DNA from: Candidatus Gottesmanbacteria bacterium UBA5942 | Lineage (GTDB): Bacteria > Patescibacteriota > Microgenomatia > UBA10105 > UBA927 | Direction: 5' to 3' | Length of the DNA stretch: 64,000 nucleotides | Assembly: GCA_002430725.1 (NCBI GenBank) | Contig: DJCU01000008.1 | Location: 393-64,392 of the forward strand | In this document: piece by piece, positions 29,286 to 39,005 of the stretch | Layout: each line of letters starts with the position of its first letter | How positions within the stretch are numbered: the first letter of the stretch is position 1 | Program-made: the position numbers and the translations under genes | Notes under the pieces: model-generated | What the model saw: only the letters and a program-made list of their open reading frames with translations | The model's database searches: none | Told to the model about the DNA's origin: nothing

Positions 29286-29310
29286 TGTGTCACAATGGTG
29301 TCATTATCCC

Positions 29311-30837
29311 ATGCAACTAAAACAATTTCGAGTGTCGCTTCCAGCTCTTCTTAGCTTGTTTTCTATTAGCGTGCTTATATGGTTACTTTGGACGACACTT
29401 CAGGTGTCAATTGTACGATACTTTGATGCGGATGAACTTGCATATCTTCATTGGGCGCATAACGTGTATAGTGGTGCGCTACCGTATCGGGATTTTTTGT
29501 TCTTTGTGCCACCCGGGTTTTTATATGCCTTGGCTGTGCTTTATGTTTTTGTAAACGGTACCGCTGTGCTTGTTGCAGGGAGAGTATTTTCATTCCTCAT
29601 ACTGATAGGTATAGTCGTTGTGACGTGCTGGATGTTTTGGCGTATGCGTAAAAGTTGGGCTGCATGGCTTGTGGGAGTAGTGTTGATTGCCTTGCCGCTG
29701 CCTGCAGATAAATTGTTGGAAATCAGACCGGATAATTTGGCGATGCTCCTGTCGTTATTAGGGTTAGCGTGCATTCTCGAAGGATTTTCTCACAAAAAGC
29801 ATGTATTTGTTTGGGGAGCAGGCGGATTATTGTATGGCTTGTCATTGTTAACTCTTCCGAAAACATTACCTCAGGTTGTCGTGTCGGGAATACTTATCGT
29901 GGTGTGGGCATATTGGGAAAAAGAACACAAGTCGGATCGTATTCGATCGCTCATGTGGTTTATTGGGGGTCTCCTTATTCCAATAGGAGTATTTGGAATG
30001 TTGTATGCAATGCTTTTGGGTAACAGTGAGCATCTTACTACCATGTGGTATTCGCTCACCACGTTGCCATTTGAGGTAGGACGTCTCGGAGAAATGTTTG
30101 GGATGCGACCAGACTTATTTTTTTACCCCAATAGTATTTATTACGGTACTGAAGGCTGGAATACTGCAATACTCGTCAATCATTTGTTATGGCTTACCGG
30201 GTTGCTGACTGGATGTGTGCGATTGGTTGCTCCAGCATTACTTCAGGGAAAAAGAGGGATATTTCCAGAATTATTGATAGCAGGAACATGGTTTTTTTAT
30301 TTGTTGATGTTTATGTACGGATATCCGCTACGTCACGCGCAATATTTAATCCCGATAGCGATATTTGTCGCATGGTTTGTGGCAGATTTCGTTAACTCGA
30401 TGTGGGTATACGCTTCCCGGACGAGAACAGGAAGCAGAGTGTTTGCTGTTTTCTTCATGGCAGGGCTTGCAGGGTTATCATTGGTGCAAAGTGAGGTAGC
30501 CGCATCGAAATTGCTTATGACAAATCGTGAGGATAAGGCGGTGGTTGAACGCGTGCTTCACATTGTTCCTAAAGATGCGTTTGTGTTTGATCTGGTCGGG
30601 TCGACACTTTATTACAAAGATCCATATTATGTGTGTTGTATGCCATACGGTCAATGGAGCACCTATCAATCCAGGCCGCTTCCAAGCCTTCCTGAAGCGT
30701 TGGAACGAACCAATACTCAGTTTATTTATCAGGGGAGACTTATGCGAACGACGACCTTGCCGGAGGCAGATCAAGCGTATATTCGTACGCATTATATTCC
30801 GTATCAGACAGATCCGAGTTTGCTTATTCGTAAGTAA
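29311..30837 (+). CDS. ArnT/PMT-like membrane glycosyltransferase
   Basis: FDADELAYLH, G..PYRDF...PP, EIRPD, many TMs. Start set at ATG 29311 to avoid overlap with the divergent gene. Confidence 0.8.
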   Translation: MQLKQFRVSLPALLSLFSISVLIWLLWTTLQVSIVRYFDADELAYLHWAHNVYSGALPYRDFLFFVPPGFLYALAVLYVFVNGTAVLVAGRVFSFLILIGIVVVTCWMFWRMRKSWAAWLVGVVLIALPLPADKLLEIRPDNLAMLLSLLGLACILEGFSHKKHVFVWGAGGLLYGLSLLTLPKTLPQVVVSGILIVVWAYWEKEHKSDRIRSLMWFIGGLLIPIGVFGMLYAMLLGNSEHLTTMWYSLTTLPFEVGRLGEMFGMRPDLFFYPNSIYYGTEGWNTAILVNHLLWLTGLLTGCVRLVAPALLQGKRGIFPELLIAGTWFFYLLMFMYGYPLRHAQYLIPIAIFVAWFVADFVNSMWVYASRTRTGSRVFAVFFMAGLAGLSLVQSEVAASKLLMTNREDKAVVERVLHIVPKDAFVFDLVGSTLYYKDPYYVCCMPYGQWSTYQSRPLPSLPEALERTNTQFIYQGRLMRTTTLPEADQAYIRTHYIPYQTDPSLLIRK

Positions 30838-30873
30838 AAAGACTCCGGTTGCGTCCATTATCACGAGCCTGAT

Positions 30874-31611
30874 ATGATGAGCGGCAGAGTGAAGCATTTA
30901 TCGCCTCAATTATCTCTCGTGTTGCCTTGTTACAACGAAGAAGGGTTGTTTCGTGAAAGTGTCGCCCGTATACGGGAAGTATTGGAAAATAGCCGATATC
31001 CCTACGAAATTATATTTGTCGACGACCATAGTAAAGATGGCACTGCGAAGCTCATCCATTCATATTGCGAGAAGTATCCTAATATGCGTGCGATCTATCA
31101 CACCAAGAACCTTGGGAGGGGTCAGACGGTAGCTGACGGGCTCAAAGCATCGCGCGGCACCGTTTCGGGGTATATAGATATCGATTGTGAAGTATCACCT
31201 GTTTATATTCCTCTCATGGCGTCACTCATTTTTAAGAAACAGGCAGATGTCGTTATTGGGAGGCGATTTTATCGCACAAGTCCTCGGGCAATGGTGCGCG
31301 AAGTGCTCAGTCGTGGATATCAATGGTTGTCGAATAAATTGATTGGTACGGGGGGGATGGATACAGAGACGGGATATAAATTTTTCCACCGTAAAAAAAT
31401 TCTTCCTGTGCTACGCTCGGTGCAGCATAAGGGCTGGTTTTGGGATACGGAAATCATGGTGTACGCCTTGCGAAACGGGCTTCGTATTGTTGAAGAGCCA
31501 GTATTATTTTTGAGGCGTTTTGACAAGGTTTCTTCTGTAAATATCATTAAGGACACCGTTGATTATATGATACAGTTATGGGCATTGAGAGGGCGGTTTA
31601 TTCGTTCGTAA
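30874..31611 (+). CDS. GT2 glycosyltransferase (polyprenol-phosphate sugar synthase-like)
   Basis: SLVLPCYNEE, IIFVDDHSKDGT, NLGRG, YIDID, DTETGYKFF, WFWDTEI. Confidence 0.9.
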   Translation: MMSGRVKHLSPQLSLVLPCYNEEGLFRESVARIREVLENSRYPYEIIFVDDHSKDGTAKLIHSYCEKYPNMRAIYHTKNLGRGQTVADGLKASRGTVSGYIDIDCEVSPVYIPLMASLIFKKQADVVIGRRFYRTSPRAMVREVLSRGYQWLSNKLIGTGGMDTETGYKFFHRKKILPVLRSVQHKGWFWDTEIMVYALRNGLRIVEEPVLFLRRFDKVSSVNIIKDTVDYMIQLWALRGRFIRS

Positions 31612-31612
31612 T

Positions 31613-32146
31613 ATGAAAGCATTACAGTCTATCGGTATTATGAAAGCTACTAAATTTGTGCTGTATGGTTTGTATGCGTGGCTGTTACATATATCACTTC
31701 CTCCAGTGCGGGTCTGGCTGCTACGGCTAGCAGGGGCATCGGTTGGTCGTGATACGGTGCTATTTGACGTACAGTTTGTGAATGTATATCACTATGGATT
31801 TTCGCGGCTACATATAGGAAACCGGTGTTTTTTGGGTGACGGAGTTATGATCGATGTACGCGGCGGAGTGACGATAAAAGACGATGTCACCATTTCCAAC
31901 AGAACAACTATTGTGTCTCATATAAACGTAGGGTTTGCGGATCATCCGCTGCAAGCGGCCTATCCAACCCGCGAAGCGCCAGTGATGTGCAAACGAGGAG
32001 TATACGTGGGTACAGGTGCAATTCTATTACCCGGGATAACGGTTGGCGAAGGAAGTGTCGTAGGTGCGGGGGCGGTTGTTACCAAAGATGTTGCTAAAGG
32101 AACTGTGGTCGTTGGAGTGCCTGCAAAAATACTAAAGAACGTGTGA
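31613..32146 (+). CDS. Hexapeptide-repeat (LbH) sugar acyltransferase
   Basis: IGNRCFLG, GVTIKDDVTI, VGTGAILLPGITVGEGSVVGAGAVVTKDV...GVPAK. Confidence 0.9.
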   Translation: MKALQSIGIMKATKFVLYGLYAWLLHISLPPVRVWLLRLAGASVGRDTVLFDVQFVNVYHYGFSRLHIGNRCFLGDGVMIDVRGGVTIKDDVTISNRTTIVSHINVGFADHPLQAAYPTREAPVMCKRGVYVGTGAILLPGITVGEGSVVGAGAVVTKDVAKGTVVVGVPAKILKNV

Positions 32147-32156
32147 CGCCTCGTGT

Positions 32157-32549
32157 TTATTTATTCCCTTTTTTGGTGACGATGTGTGGTTCGTGAAGTG
32201 GGCCCCGGCTGTTATCTAGGTATGGCAAAGGCGTCATGTAATCAAGGGTAAGTGGTTTACCACTCGCGAGTTGGCGTAAGATGACCCGGGCAGGCTTATT
32301 GTATTTGGCGGCGAGAGCCGCAATAGTGGCTTTATAGTCTTCTTGTCCAAGGCTCATTGCGTTTTTATTTTTTGTAAGATAGTGGGTATAGCTTTCTTTA
32401 AATGTATTGGGAACTTGTACCGCCAAGACTTTTTTATTATCCGGCCACTTCATAAGTTTTCTGATTTCTTCTGATGGTGTATCTATCCATACTTTTATGG
32501 GAATGTTTACTGGTTTGTATACCACTCTGAGATCGTGCTGTTCGGCCAT
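32157..32549 (-). CDS. Hypothetical protein (about 130 aa)
   Basis: ORF from ATG 32549 (MAEQHDL), divergent from the next gene; no family recognised. Confidence 0.55.
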   Translation of the reverse strand: MAEQHDLRVVYKPVNIPIKVWIDTPSEEIRKLMKWPDNKKVLAVQVPNTFKESYTHYLTKNKNAMSLGQEDYKATIAALAAKYNKPARVILRQLASGKPLTLDYMTPLPYLDNSRGPLHEPHIVTKKGNK

Positions 32550-32581
32550 ATATGGTTTATAGTGAACTGACAGCGCGTCAC

Positions 32582-32610
32582 TTGTCAAATAGAGAGCGCT
32601 TGAGTATGAT
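32582..32610 (+). promoter_or_regulatory. Sigma70-type promoter TTGTCA-N17-TATGAT, 8 nt before ATG 32619
   Basis: ttgtca 32582-32587, tatgat 32605-32610. The overlapping tgtcaa reads TTGACA on the minus strand for the divergent gene. Confidence 0.65.
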
Positions 32611-32618
32611 TTGTGGTA

Positions 32619-33755
32619 ATGAAAATACCGCTGCATAAACCGTTTTGGGGTAAAAAAGCAGAAGATGCAGTCATTGCTGCGATGCGAACCGGTTCAGGCA
32701 CCGCGGATGGCCCTTACAGCGCGCTTCTGCGGAAAAAACTTTCGGCACTAACCGGCGCCACAACCACTCTTCCCGTAACGAGTTGTACGCATGCAATGGA
32801 AGCGATTATTGCGTGTGTCGGCGCAAAAAATGGTGACGAGGTTATCGTTCCTTCGTTTACCCTTGCCTCTACCGCGACTGCAGTCATGATCAGGGGCGCG
32901 CGGCCTGTATTTGCTGATATCGATCCTGTGACGTTTTCCCTCGATCCTCATGACGTAGAGAAAATGATTACCAAAAAAACGGTGGGAATTATGACTGTTC
33001 ATTATGCAGGCATGGCTGGGCCTCATTTCGATGCACTTATGGACGTTGCAAAGCGGCGCAAATTGTGGGTCGTTGAGGATGCCGCGCATTGTATAGGATC
33101 GTACTACAAGCGGAAACATTTAGGGACATTTGGGATAGCCGGCGCATTTAGTTTTCATGGCACTAAAAATATTGCCTGTGGTGAAGGTGGCGCAATTGTT
33201 ACTGACAATGCACGTCTTGCAGAGCGAATGGAAATATTTCGTGCGATAGGCACTGACCGGCAGGCGTTTTTACAGGGAAAGGTATCTATCTATCAATGGG
33301 TAGGGGAAGGTAGTAGTTATTTCCTGTCTGATATATTTGCAAACCTTATTAATATACAAATAGATCAAATTGATAGAATAAATAAAGATAGAAATCAAAT
33401 AGCATCGCAATATACCAAATCTTTTGCTTCATTTGCTGATAAAGTGCAGTTACCTGTCGTGCCTCAGGGGATGACTCAGCCCAATTGGCATATATATGCG
33501 TTGAAGTTTCCCTCGATCGATATGAGAAAAAAATTTGTGACTTATATGCGAGAAAAAGATATTGAGGTGAGTACGCACTATGTTCCTCTTCATCTATCTC
33601 CCATGGGTGAGGCGATAGGAGGGGGGAAGCGGCGATTGTCAGTGACGGAAGATGTCGCAGCAACACTTGTGCGAATGCCGATGTATGCAGGGATGAAAGA
33701 AAGTGAAATTGCGTATATTGTCGCCACTGCCCAAAAAGCGCTCAAGACGCTGTAA
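32619..33755 (+). CDS. wecE: dTDP-4-amino-4,6-dideoxygalactose transaminase-like (DegT/DnrJ family)
   Basis: TSCTHAME, VHYAG, EDAAH, SFHGTKNIACGEGGA, GTDR..F, Y.W...GSSY..SD and HYVPLHLSP match the WecE/RffA subfamily. Confidence 0.8.
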   Translation: MKIPLHKPFWGKKAEDAVIAAMRTGSGTADGPYSALLRKKLSALTGATTTLPVTSCTHAMEAIIACVGAKNGDEVIVPSFTLASTATAVMIRGARPVFADIDPVTFSLDPHDVEKMITKKTVGIMTVHYAGMAGPHFDALMDVAKRRKLWVVEDAAHCIGSYYKRKHLGTFGIAGAFSFHGTKNIACGEGGAIVTDNARLAERMEIFRAIGTDRQAFLQGKVSIYQWVGEGSSYFLSDIFANLINIQIDQIDRINKDRNQIASQYTKSFASFADKVQLPVVPQGMTQPNWHIYALKFPSIDMRKKFVTYMREKDIEVSTHYVPLHLSPMGEAIGGGKRRLSVTEDVAATLVRMPMYAGMKESEIAYIVATAQKALKTL

Positions 33756-33771
33756 TATCGAAGGATTTGTA

Positions 33772-34800
33772 ATGAAGCCCTATTTATCAGTTATTATTCC
33801 ATATTTTAACGCGCCCGAAAAACTGACGCGCCTCTTGGAAACAATCGGTAAAAGCAAAAAAGCGCCATTGTATGAAGTGATTGTGGTGAACGATGGGTCG
33901 TTTCTGCCGATCACGATACATAACCTCCATATATCAGGAGCGCTCAAGAAAAATATACGGGTAGTGCATTTAAAAACGAATAAAGGGCCTGCCGTTGCAC
34001 GAAACAGAGGGGCAGCAGTTGCGCGCGGGGAGTTTATTGTGTTTTTGGACGGTGATGTTGAAGTATTTCCCGATACATTGAGTGAAATAGCAAAAATATT
34101 TATTGACGACCCTGATGTGGTGGCGCTTACAGGAGTTTGGGTGAAGGAGCAGAAATCAAAGGAGTTTTTTCCTAACTTTAAAGCGCTTAGGGATTGGAGC
34201 TATTGGATAAATGAGCGAGATAAAAGCGGGTACTATTTCCTGTTTTCTACGCGGATAGCCGCAATAAAAAAAGCGGTGTTTGATCGTCTGGGGGGATTTG
34301 ACCAAGCATATCCTGCGCCACTTGTTGAAGATATAGAATTAACGTATCGGATAGCGAGGCGATACGCGATTATATTTGCACCAAAAGTGAGAGTGCGACA
34401 TGAGTTCGAGGGGTTTTTCCCTATAGCCAAGAAATATTTTCTTCGAGCGTATTATTGGACAAAGTTATATGCGAGACGGAAACGATTTGATCCAGTAGCG
34501 ACTACGCTTCAGGAGGCGCTTACAACACTTTCTGGAGTTGGCGTCTTGGCGTTTGGAAGCGTGAGTGTTGTCGCAATAATCAGCACGCTCGGGCAATTTA
34601 CGCTGCCTGTGCAGATTGTGGGGAGTTTGTTTATCGCCATACTCGTGTTGCATTTGTTTCTCACGTCTAAATTTCTGTTGTTTGTATATCATGAAAGAGG
34701 GTTGGTATTTGCAATGCGAAGTTTCGTGACGGGACTTGTTTTATATTGTTTTATTTTTGCGGGTGCCTTTTTGGGGCGGATTATCCATGGAAGATCATGA
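33772..34800 (+). CDS. GT2 glycosyltransferase with C-terminal TM helices
   Basis: SVIIPYFN, VVNDGS, GPAVARNRG, FLDGD, GGFD, EDIEL. Confidence 0.9.
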   Translation: MKPYLSVIIPYFNAPEKLTRLLETIGKSKKAPLYEVIVVNDGSFLPITIHNLHISGALKKNIRVVHLKTNKGPAVARNRGAAVARGEFIVFLDGDVEVFPDTLSEIAKIFIDDPDVVALTGVWVKEQKSKEFFPNFKALRDWSYWINERDKSGYYFLFSTRIAAIKKAVFDRLGGFDQAYPAPLVEDIELTYRIARRYAIIFAPKVRVRHEFEGFFPIAKKYFLRAYYWTKLYARRKRFDPVATTLQEALTTLSGVGVLAFGSVSVVAIISTLGQFTLPVQIVGSLFIAILVLHLFLTSKFLLFVYHERGLVFAMRSFVTGLVLYCFIFAGAFLGRIIHGRS

Positions 34801-35524
34801 GTATCAGGTCATGTACGAGGTGGAATCGTCTCACTGGTGGTTTGTGTCACGAAGGGTATTTGTTAGTACACTCCTTACGAATGCGTGGCGTAAACGGACA
34901 TCCCGCGTTATCCTCGATATAGGAGCGGGTACTGGTGGCATGGTGTCGCTTCTTTCCCGATATGGAAAAGTAATAGGTATAGAGCCAAATAAAAAAGCTC
35001 GTATGCTCGCCAAAAAGCGGGGGGTATTGCTTCGCAATGGAAAAGCAGATCACACAGGATGTGCGCCTCTGAGTGTCGATGTTGTTTGTTTTTTTGACGT
35101 GCTGTATCACAAGGGAATTGATGATGTGAAGGCATTATGTGAAGCATATAGAGTGCTTCGTCCGGGAGGGTGGTTAGTGATTACGGATTGTGCATTTCCT
35201 GCTCTTGCAGGCCCACACGATCGCGCAGTACTTGGTCGCGAGCGGTATGTATTGTCCCAGCTTTCAGACAAAGTGCAGCATGCGGGATTTCGTGTCATAA
35301 CCCAAACCTATATGTTTTTTCTCCTATTTCCTTGGGTGGCTGGCAAACGGCTTTTCGACAGAATATTTCCTGGGGGTAGGGGCTCTGACGTAGCGCCTGC
35401 ATCACCGTTGGTAAATCGGATGGGTATTGCTATTAATCAATTGGAGGCGTGGGGATTATCGTTTGTGTCGTATCCTTGGGGTTCTTCGCTTTTTATCCTT
35501 GCGCAAAAGAAGGGGGGAGTATAA
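34787..35524 (+). CDS. Class I SAM-dependent methyltransferase
   Basis: E..HWWF..RR, ILDIGAGTG, FDVLYH, RVLRPGG. Confidence 0.9.
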   Translation: MEDHEYQVMYEVESSHWWFVSRRVFVSTLLTNAWRKRTSRVILDIGAGTGGMVSLLSRYGKVIGIEPNKKARMLAKKRGVLLRNGKADHTGCAPLSVDVVCFFDVLYHKGIDDVKALCEAYRVLRPGGWLVITDCAFPALAGPHDRAVLGRERYVLSQLSDKVQHAGFRVITQTYMFFLLFPWVAGKRLFDRIFPGGRGSDVAPASPLVNRMGIAINQLEAWGLSFVSYPWGSSLFILAQKKGGV

Positions 35525-36225
35525 CAAGACGAGTTTCTATCATTTTGCCTTCATATAATGAACGCGAAAATCTCACGGTGCTTATCCCGAAGATTTTTGA
35601 TGTTATGAGGCGGCTTCGAGCATACACGACTGAAATAATCGTTGTTGATGATGATAGTCCGGATCATACTGCAAGCGCGATACAAAAACGTTTTGGCAAA
35701 AGGGTACGTGTTATCGTGCGGAAACGGGTGCGGGGTTTAGCAACAGCAATCCGAACGGGGATTGCCCATTCACATGGAGACATTATTGTCGGCATGGACG
35801 CTGACGGAAATCATAATCCTATAAGCATCCCTTCATTGCTTCGCGCCTTATCAGTATCTGATCTTGTTGTGGGGTCGCGATTTATTCATGGTGGAGGCAT
35901 GCATGATCGTGTGCGTTATATTGCGAGCTGGCTATTTAATGCTGTGTTGCGGTATGTGTTGTTGTTTCCCGTTTGGGACAACACCAGCGGGTACTATGTT
36001 ATCCGTAAAAAGACGCTGTTTCAGATGAAGCCAGACCGTATATACCAAGGCTACGGAGACTACCATTTACGCCTGGTGTATGCAGCAAAAACGTTGGGAT
36101 TTCGTGTGCGTGAAGTGCCGGTATTTTATGAGGATAGGCGTTATGGACAAAGCAAATCGAGATTATTTATAATGGCGGTGAGTTATCTTCGCACTGCCAT
36201 CAATTTGTGTTTCGATAAGCGATAA
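35521..36225 (+). CDS. GT2 polyprenol-monophosphomannose synthase-like; start uncertain (ATA 35521 or GTG 35449)
   Basis: SIILPSYNEREN, VVDDDSPDHT, RGLATA, MDADGNH, DNTSGY, EVPV..EDRRYGQSK. Confidence 0.8.
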   Translation: MTRRVSIILPSYNERENLTVLIPKIFDVMRRLRAYTTEIIVVDDDSPDHTASAIQKRFGKRVRVIVRKRVRGLATAIRTGIAHSHGDIIVGMDADGNHNPISIPSLLRALSVSDLVVGSRFIHGGGMHDRVRYIASWLFNAVLRYVLLFPVWDNTSGYYVIRKKTLFQMKPDRIYQGYGDYHLRLVYAAKTLGFRVREVPVFYEDRRYGQSKSRLFIMAVSYLRTAINLCFDKR

Positions 36226-36232
36226 TTGCCAG

Positions 36233-37435
36233 ATGAAAACATTGCTACAACCATTTCATTTATCCCGAACAGCAAAAAAAAGTATACAAAAGCATTTACC
36301 AAGGTTAAAAACCGAACACATACATCCATATCGTATTCCGGTCAGTTGCCCTGATATTTCTGAAAAAGAAGAGCGTTATGTTCGGCTCGCTATGGAATCA
36401 AAATGGATATCGGGAAAAGGTCCGTATGTAGAAAAATTTGAACAACTGTTTGCTTCTCAGGTGTCCCATACCAAATACGCGATAGCGGTAAATAGTGGTA
36501 CGAGTGCGCTTCATTTGTCGTTACTCGCCTGTAATATCGGTCCTGGCGATGAGGTGATTATTCCAACATTTACGATGATTGCAACAGCAAATGCGGTGAG
36601 ATATACCGGTGCTACTCCCGTATGTGTTGACGCTGATTTGGCTACATGGAATATGGACGTGACAAAAATTGAAGCAAGGATTACAAAACGGACAAAAGCG
36701 ATAGCGCCCGTACATATTTACGGTTTACCTGTTGATATGCATCCAATTCAAAAGCTGGCAAAAAAATATGGGCTGTGGGTCATTGAGGATGCCGCAGAAG
36801 CCCATGGAGCAGAGTATCGCGGTCATAGGGTCGGTGGGTTGGGTGATGTGGCGGCATTTTCATTTTTTGCGAACAAAATTATTACCACCGGTGAAGGCGG
36901 TATGATTACGACCAATAATAAGAAAATTGCGCATGTTGTAAGGACGCTTCGGGGACATGCGTTTACGCGTGATTATCATTTTTGGCATCAGTATGTGGGA
37001 TATAGTTATGAAATGACTAATCTTGCAGCAGGAGTAGGACTAGGGCAAACAGAGCGGTTTCGTACATTTGTCGCAAAGCGGAAAAAGCACGCGATGTTGT
37101 ACACCAAATTACTGCATGGAATTCCTGGCATTACCACCCCACCTCAATTGCGTGGATATGTTTCAGCAAATTGGATGTATGGCGTATTGGTAGATAGCAC
37201 GAAGTATGGAGTCAATAGAAATGATTTGCGGATGATCCTTGCAAAGAAAGGTATTGAAACACGACCATTTTTTGTGCCGATACACATGCAACCACCGTAT
37301 CAGTTAGCGTCTGTTGGCTCTTACCCTGTATCCGAAAAGTTGTGTTGTGACGGGCTATATTTACCGTCAGGGAGCACACTAACAGATGATGAAATTACCT
37401 ATGTCGCAACCATTATTCGGAAAACTCAGAAATAG
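36233..37435 (+). CDS. DegT/DnrJ/EryC1/StrS aminotransferase (perosamine synthase-like)
   Basis: WISGKG, NSGTSALHL, PVHIYG, EDAAEAHGA, FSFFANKIITTGEGGM, IETRPFF, GLYLPS. Confidence 0.9.
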   Translation: MKTLLQPFHLSRTAKKSIQKHLPRLKTEHIHPYRIPVSCPDISEKEERYVRLAMESKWISGKGPYVEKFEQLFASQVSHTKYAIAVNSGTSALHLSLLACNIGPGDEVIIPTFTMIATANAVRYTGATPVCVDADLATWNMDVTKIEARITKRTKAIAPVHIYGLPVDMHPIQKLAKKYGLWVIEDAAEAHGAEYRGHRVGGLGDVAAFSFFANKIITTGEGGMITTNNKKIAHVVRTLRGHAFTRDYHFWHQYVGYSYEMTNLAAGVGLGQTERFRTFVAKRKKHAMLYTKLLHGIPGITTPPQLRGYVSANWMYGVLVDSTKYGVNRNDLRMILAKKGIETRPFFVPIHMQPPYQLASVGSYPVSEKLCCDGLYLPSGSTLTDDEITYVATIIRKTQK

Positions 37436-39005
37436 GTTCTGCGACAATTGATTGATCGCGGAGGATAAAAATATACGCTCTTCCGACCTTTTTTGTTTCC
37501 AGTGTTGTGTAGCGTTTTGTGCCAATAATAGGTTTGATGCAATTAGCTTCGGCATCAGGGATGCTGGTAAACCGCTGACAGATAGCATACATATAGGTTT
37601 TTAAAATCGGAAATCGATATTCAAATTCAGGTTCGTTACCTTCGCGCTTGAGAGGAACTGAGATGGTGTGATTTTCAATAAGCCAATAAAGCACTCGGTA
37701 TATCGCATACGAGCTGTTATCAGGGTTTAACGGAACTTTATGAAAAAATCCGGTGTTATGTTGGGTAAGTCTGCGTTCGTCCATGGAGTGTTTGATAAAT
37801 TGGGCAATAGCGATAGTCTCTGATGTCTCATTAATGATGCGTCCGGTGATATACGGAGAAAATCCGCTGATATTGAGCAAGCTGTAGATGAATATGATTA
37901 TGACTGCAAGTGTTTTTTGGAAACCTTTTGCGTTGAGCGCCTGTTGAACGCTCATCCCAGTTATAAGAAACATAAATGGAAGATATGCCCACATGCGGTG
38001 GTCGTGCACATCCTGCTGGTAAAGCAATAAAAACACTAACCCCATGGCAAGCATCTCAGGAGCCAAAAATGCGCGGGTTGTTTTGGAAAATGTATGCCAT
38101 TTTATCATCGCGGTAAACAGGATAATGGTAAATGCGGTGATATAAAAAGCCTCGTTGGGAAAATATATGTGAGCGGAGAGAAAGGAAGAGAAAAAAAAGA
38201 AAATATTTTCACTTATTCCGGTAATAATGGTGTGAAGGTTAACATGTGCGGAAAGTGACCCCGTAAACGTGAACGATGGCAACTCGTGATTGATTTCAAA
38301 AATAATCTGAGGTGTATAGATGGCTATAAAGGTAATAATGAGGGTGGCACCTGAAAAAAGTAATGACTGAAACGCTGATCGTTTACCGATGTTTCTATAC
38401 CAACGGGTGATTTGATACCCCATGTAAGGAAGTAGCAGTATGGGCGATGGGTACACCGAAAGGGCAATCATATAGCTCGTTGTAGAAATCCATAACGCGG
38501 TGAGATTTTTGCGATTGAATGCGCGCCAAAGGCACAGGAGGCTTATGATAATAAAAAGTTGCATGGGAAACGGCTGCCAGAATTGCCTGCTGTGGTCTAT
38601 CATGATAAGCGATATAGCAAAAAGTCCTCCCACAATAAAGGCTAATCGCTTCCCACCCATATTCCAGGCAAGTTTCATAAGAAGAATAAGAGATATGATA
38701 TTCATGAAAAAATAGCCAATAACGATACCGCTTACTGATTGCGTCAGGTGGTATAAGAACCATGTGAGGTAGTAGTATGTCGGAGGTGTGTAGAAATCTT
38801 TTAGGCTCAAAAATGGTCCGACAAGTGGCAAATGCCCCATGTGTTCCATGTGCCAGATGACAATAAGATCCATGCCCTGATCTCCGCGAAAGCGTATGGT
38901 TTCTGTAATTCGATAAAGTCGAACGATAATGGCGATCAAGACAGGAAATGCCATGAGGAGCAGCTCATGGAAGCGAAGTGTTTTTCTGAGGATTTGTTTT
39001 TTCAT
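37413..39005 (-). CDS. ArnT/PMT-like membrane glycosyltransferase
   Basis: R.Y.....RFRGDQGMD, PLVGP, PPTYYYL, SRQFWQP; multiple TMs. Confidence 0.8.
   Translation of the reverse strand: MKKQILRKTLRFHELLLMAFPVLIAIIVRLYRITETIRFRGDQGMDLIVIWHMEHMGHLPLVGPFLSLKDFYTPPTYYYLTWFLYHLTQSVSGIVIGYFFMNIISLILLMKLAWNMGGKRLAFIVGGLFAISLIMIDHSRQFWQPFPMQLFIIISLLCLWRAFNRKNLTALWISTTSYMIALSVYPSPILLLPYMGYQITRWYRNIGKRSAFQSLLFSGATLIITFIAIYTPQIIFEINHELPSFTFTGSLSAHVNLHTIITGISENIFFFFSSFLSAHIYFPNEAFYITAFTIILFTAMIKWHTFSKTTRAFLAPEMLAMGLVFLLLYQQDVHDHRMWAYLPFMFLITGMSVQQALNAKGFQKTLAVIIIFIYSLLNISGFSPYITGRIINETSETIAIAQFIKHSMDERRLTQHNTGFFHKVPLNPDNSSYAIYRVLYWLIENHTISVPLKREGNEPEFEYRFPILKTYMYAICQRFTSIPDAEANCIKPIIGTKRYTTLETKKVGRAYIFILRDQSIVAEPISEFSE

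Noticed and set aside
29161-29310. Long N-terminal extensions in the ORF track (29161, 32636, 33703, 34736, 45280, 51662)
   Set aside because: They overlap neighbouring genes; downstream ATGs fit domain starts and promoter positions better.
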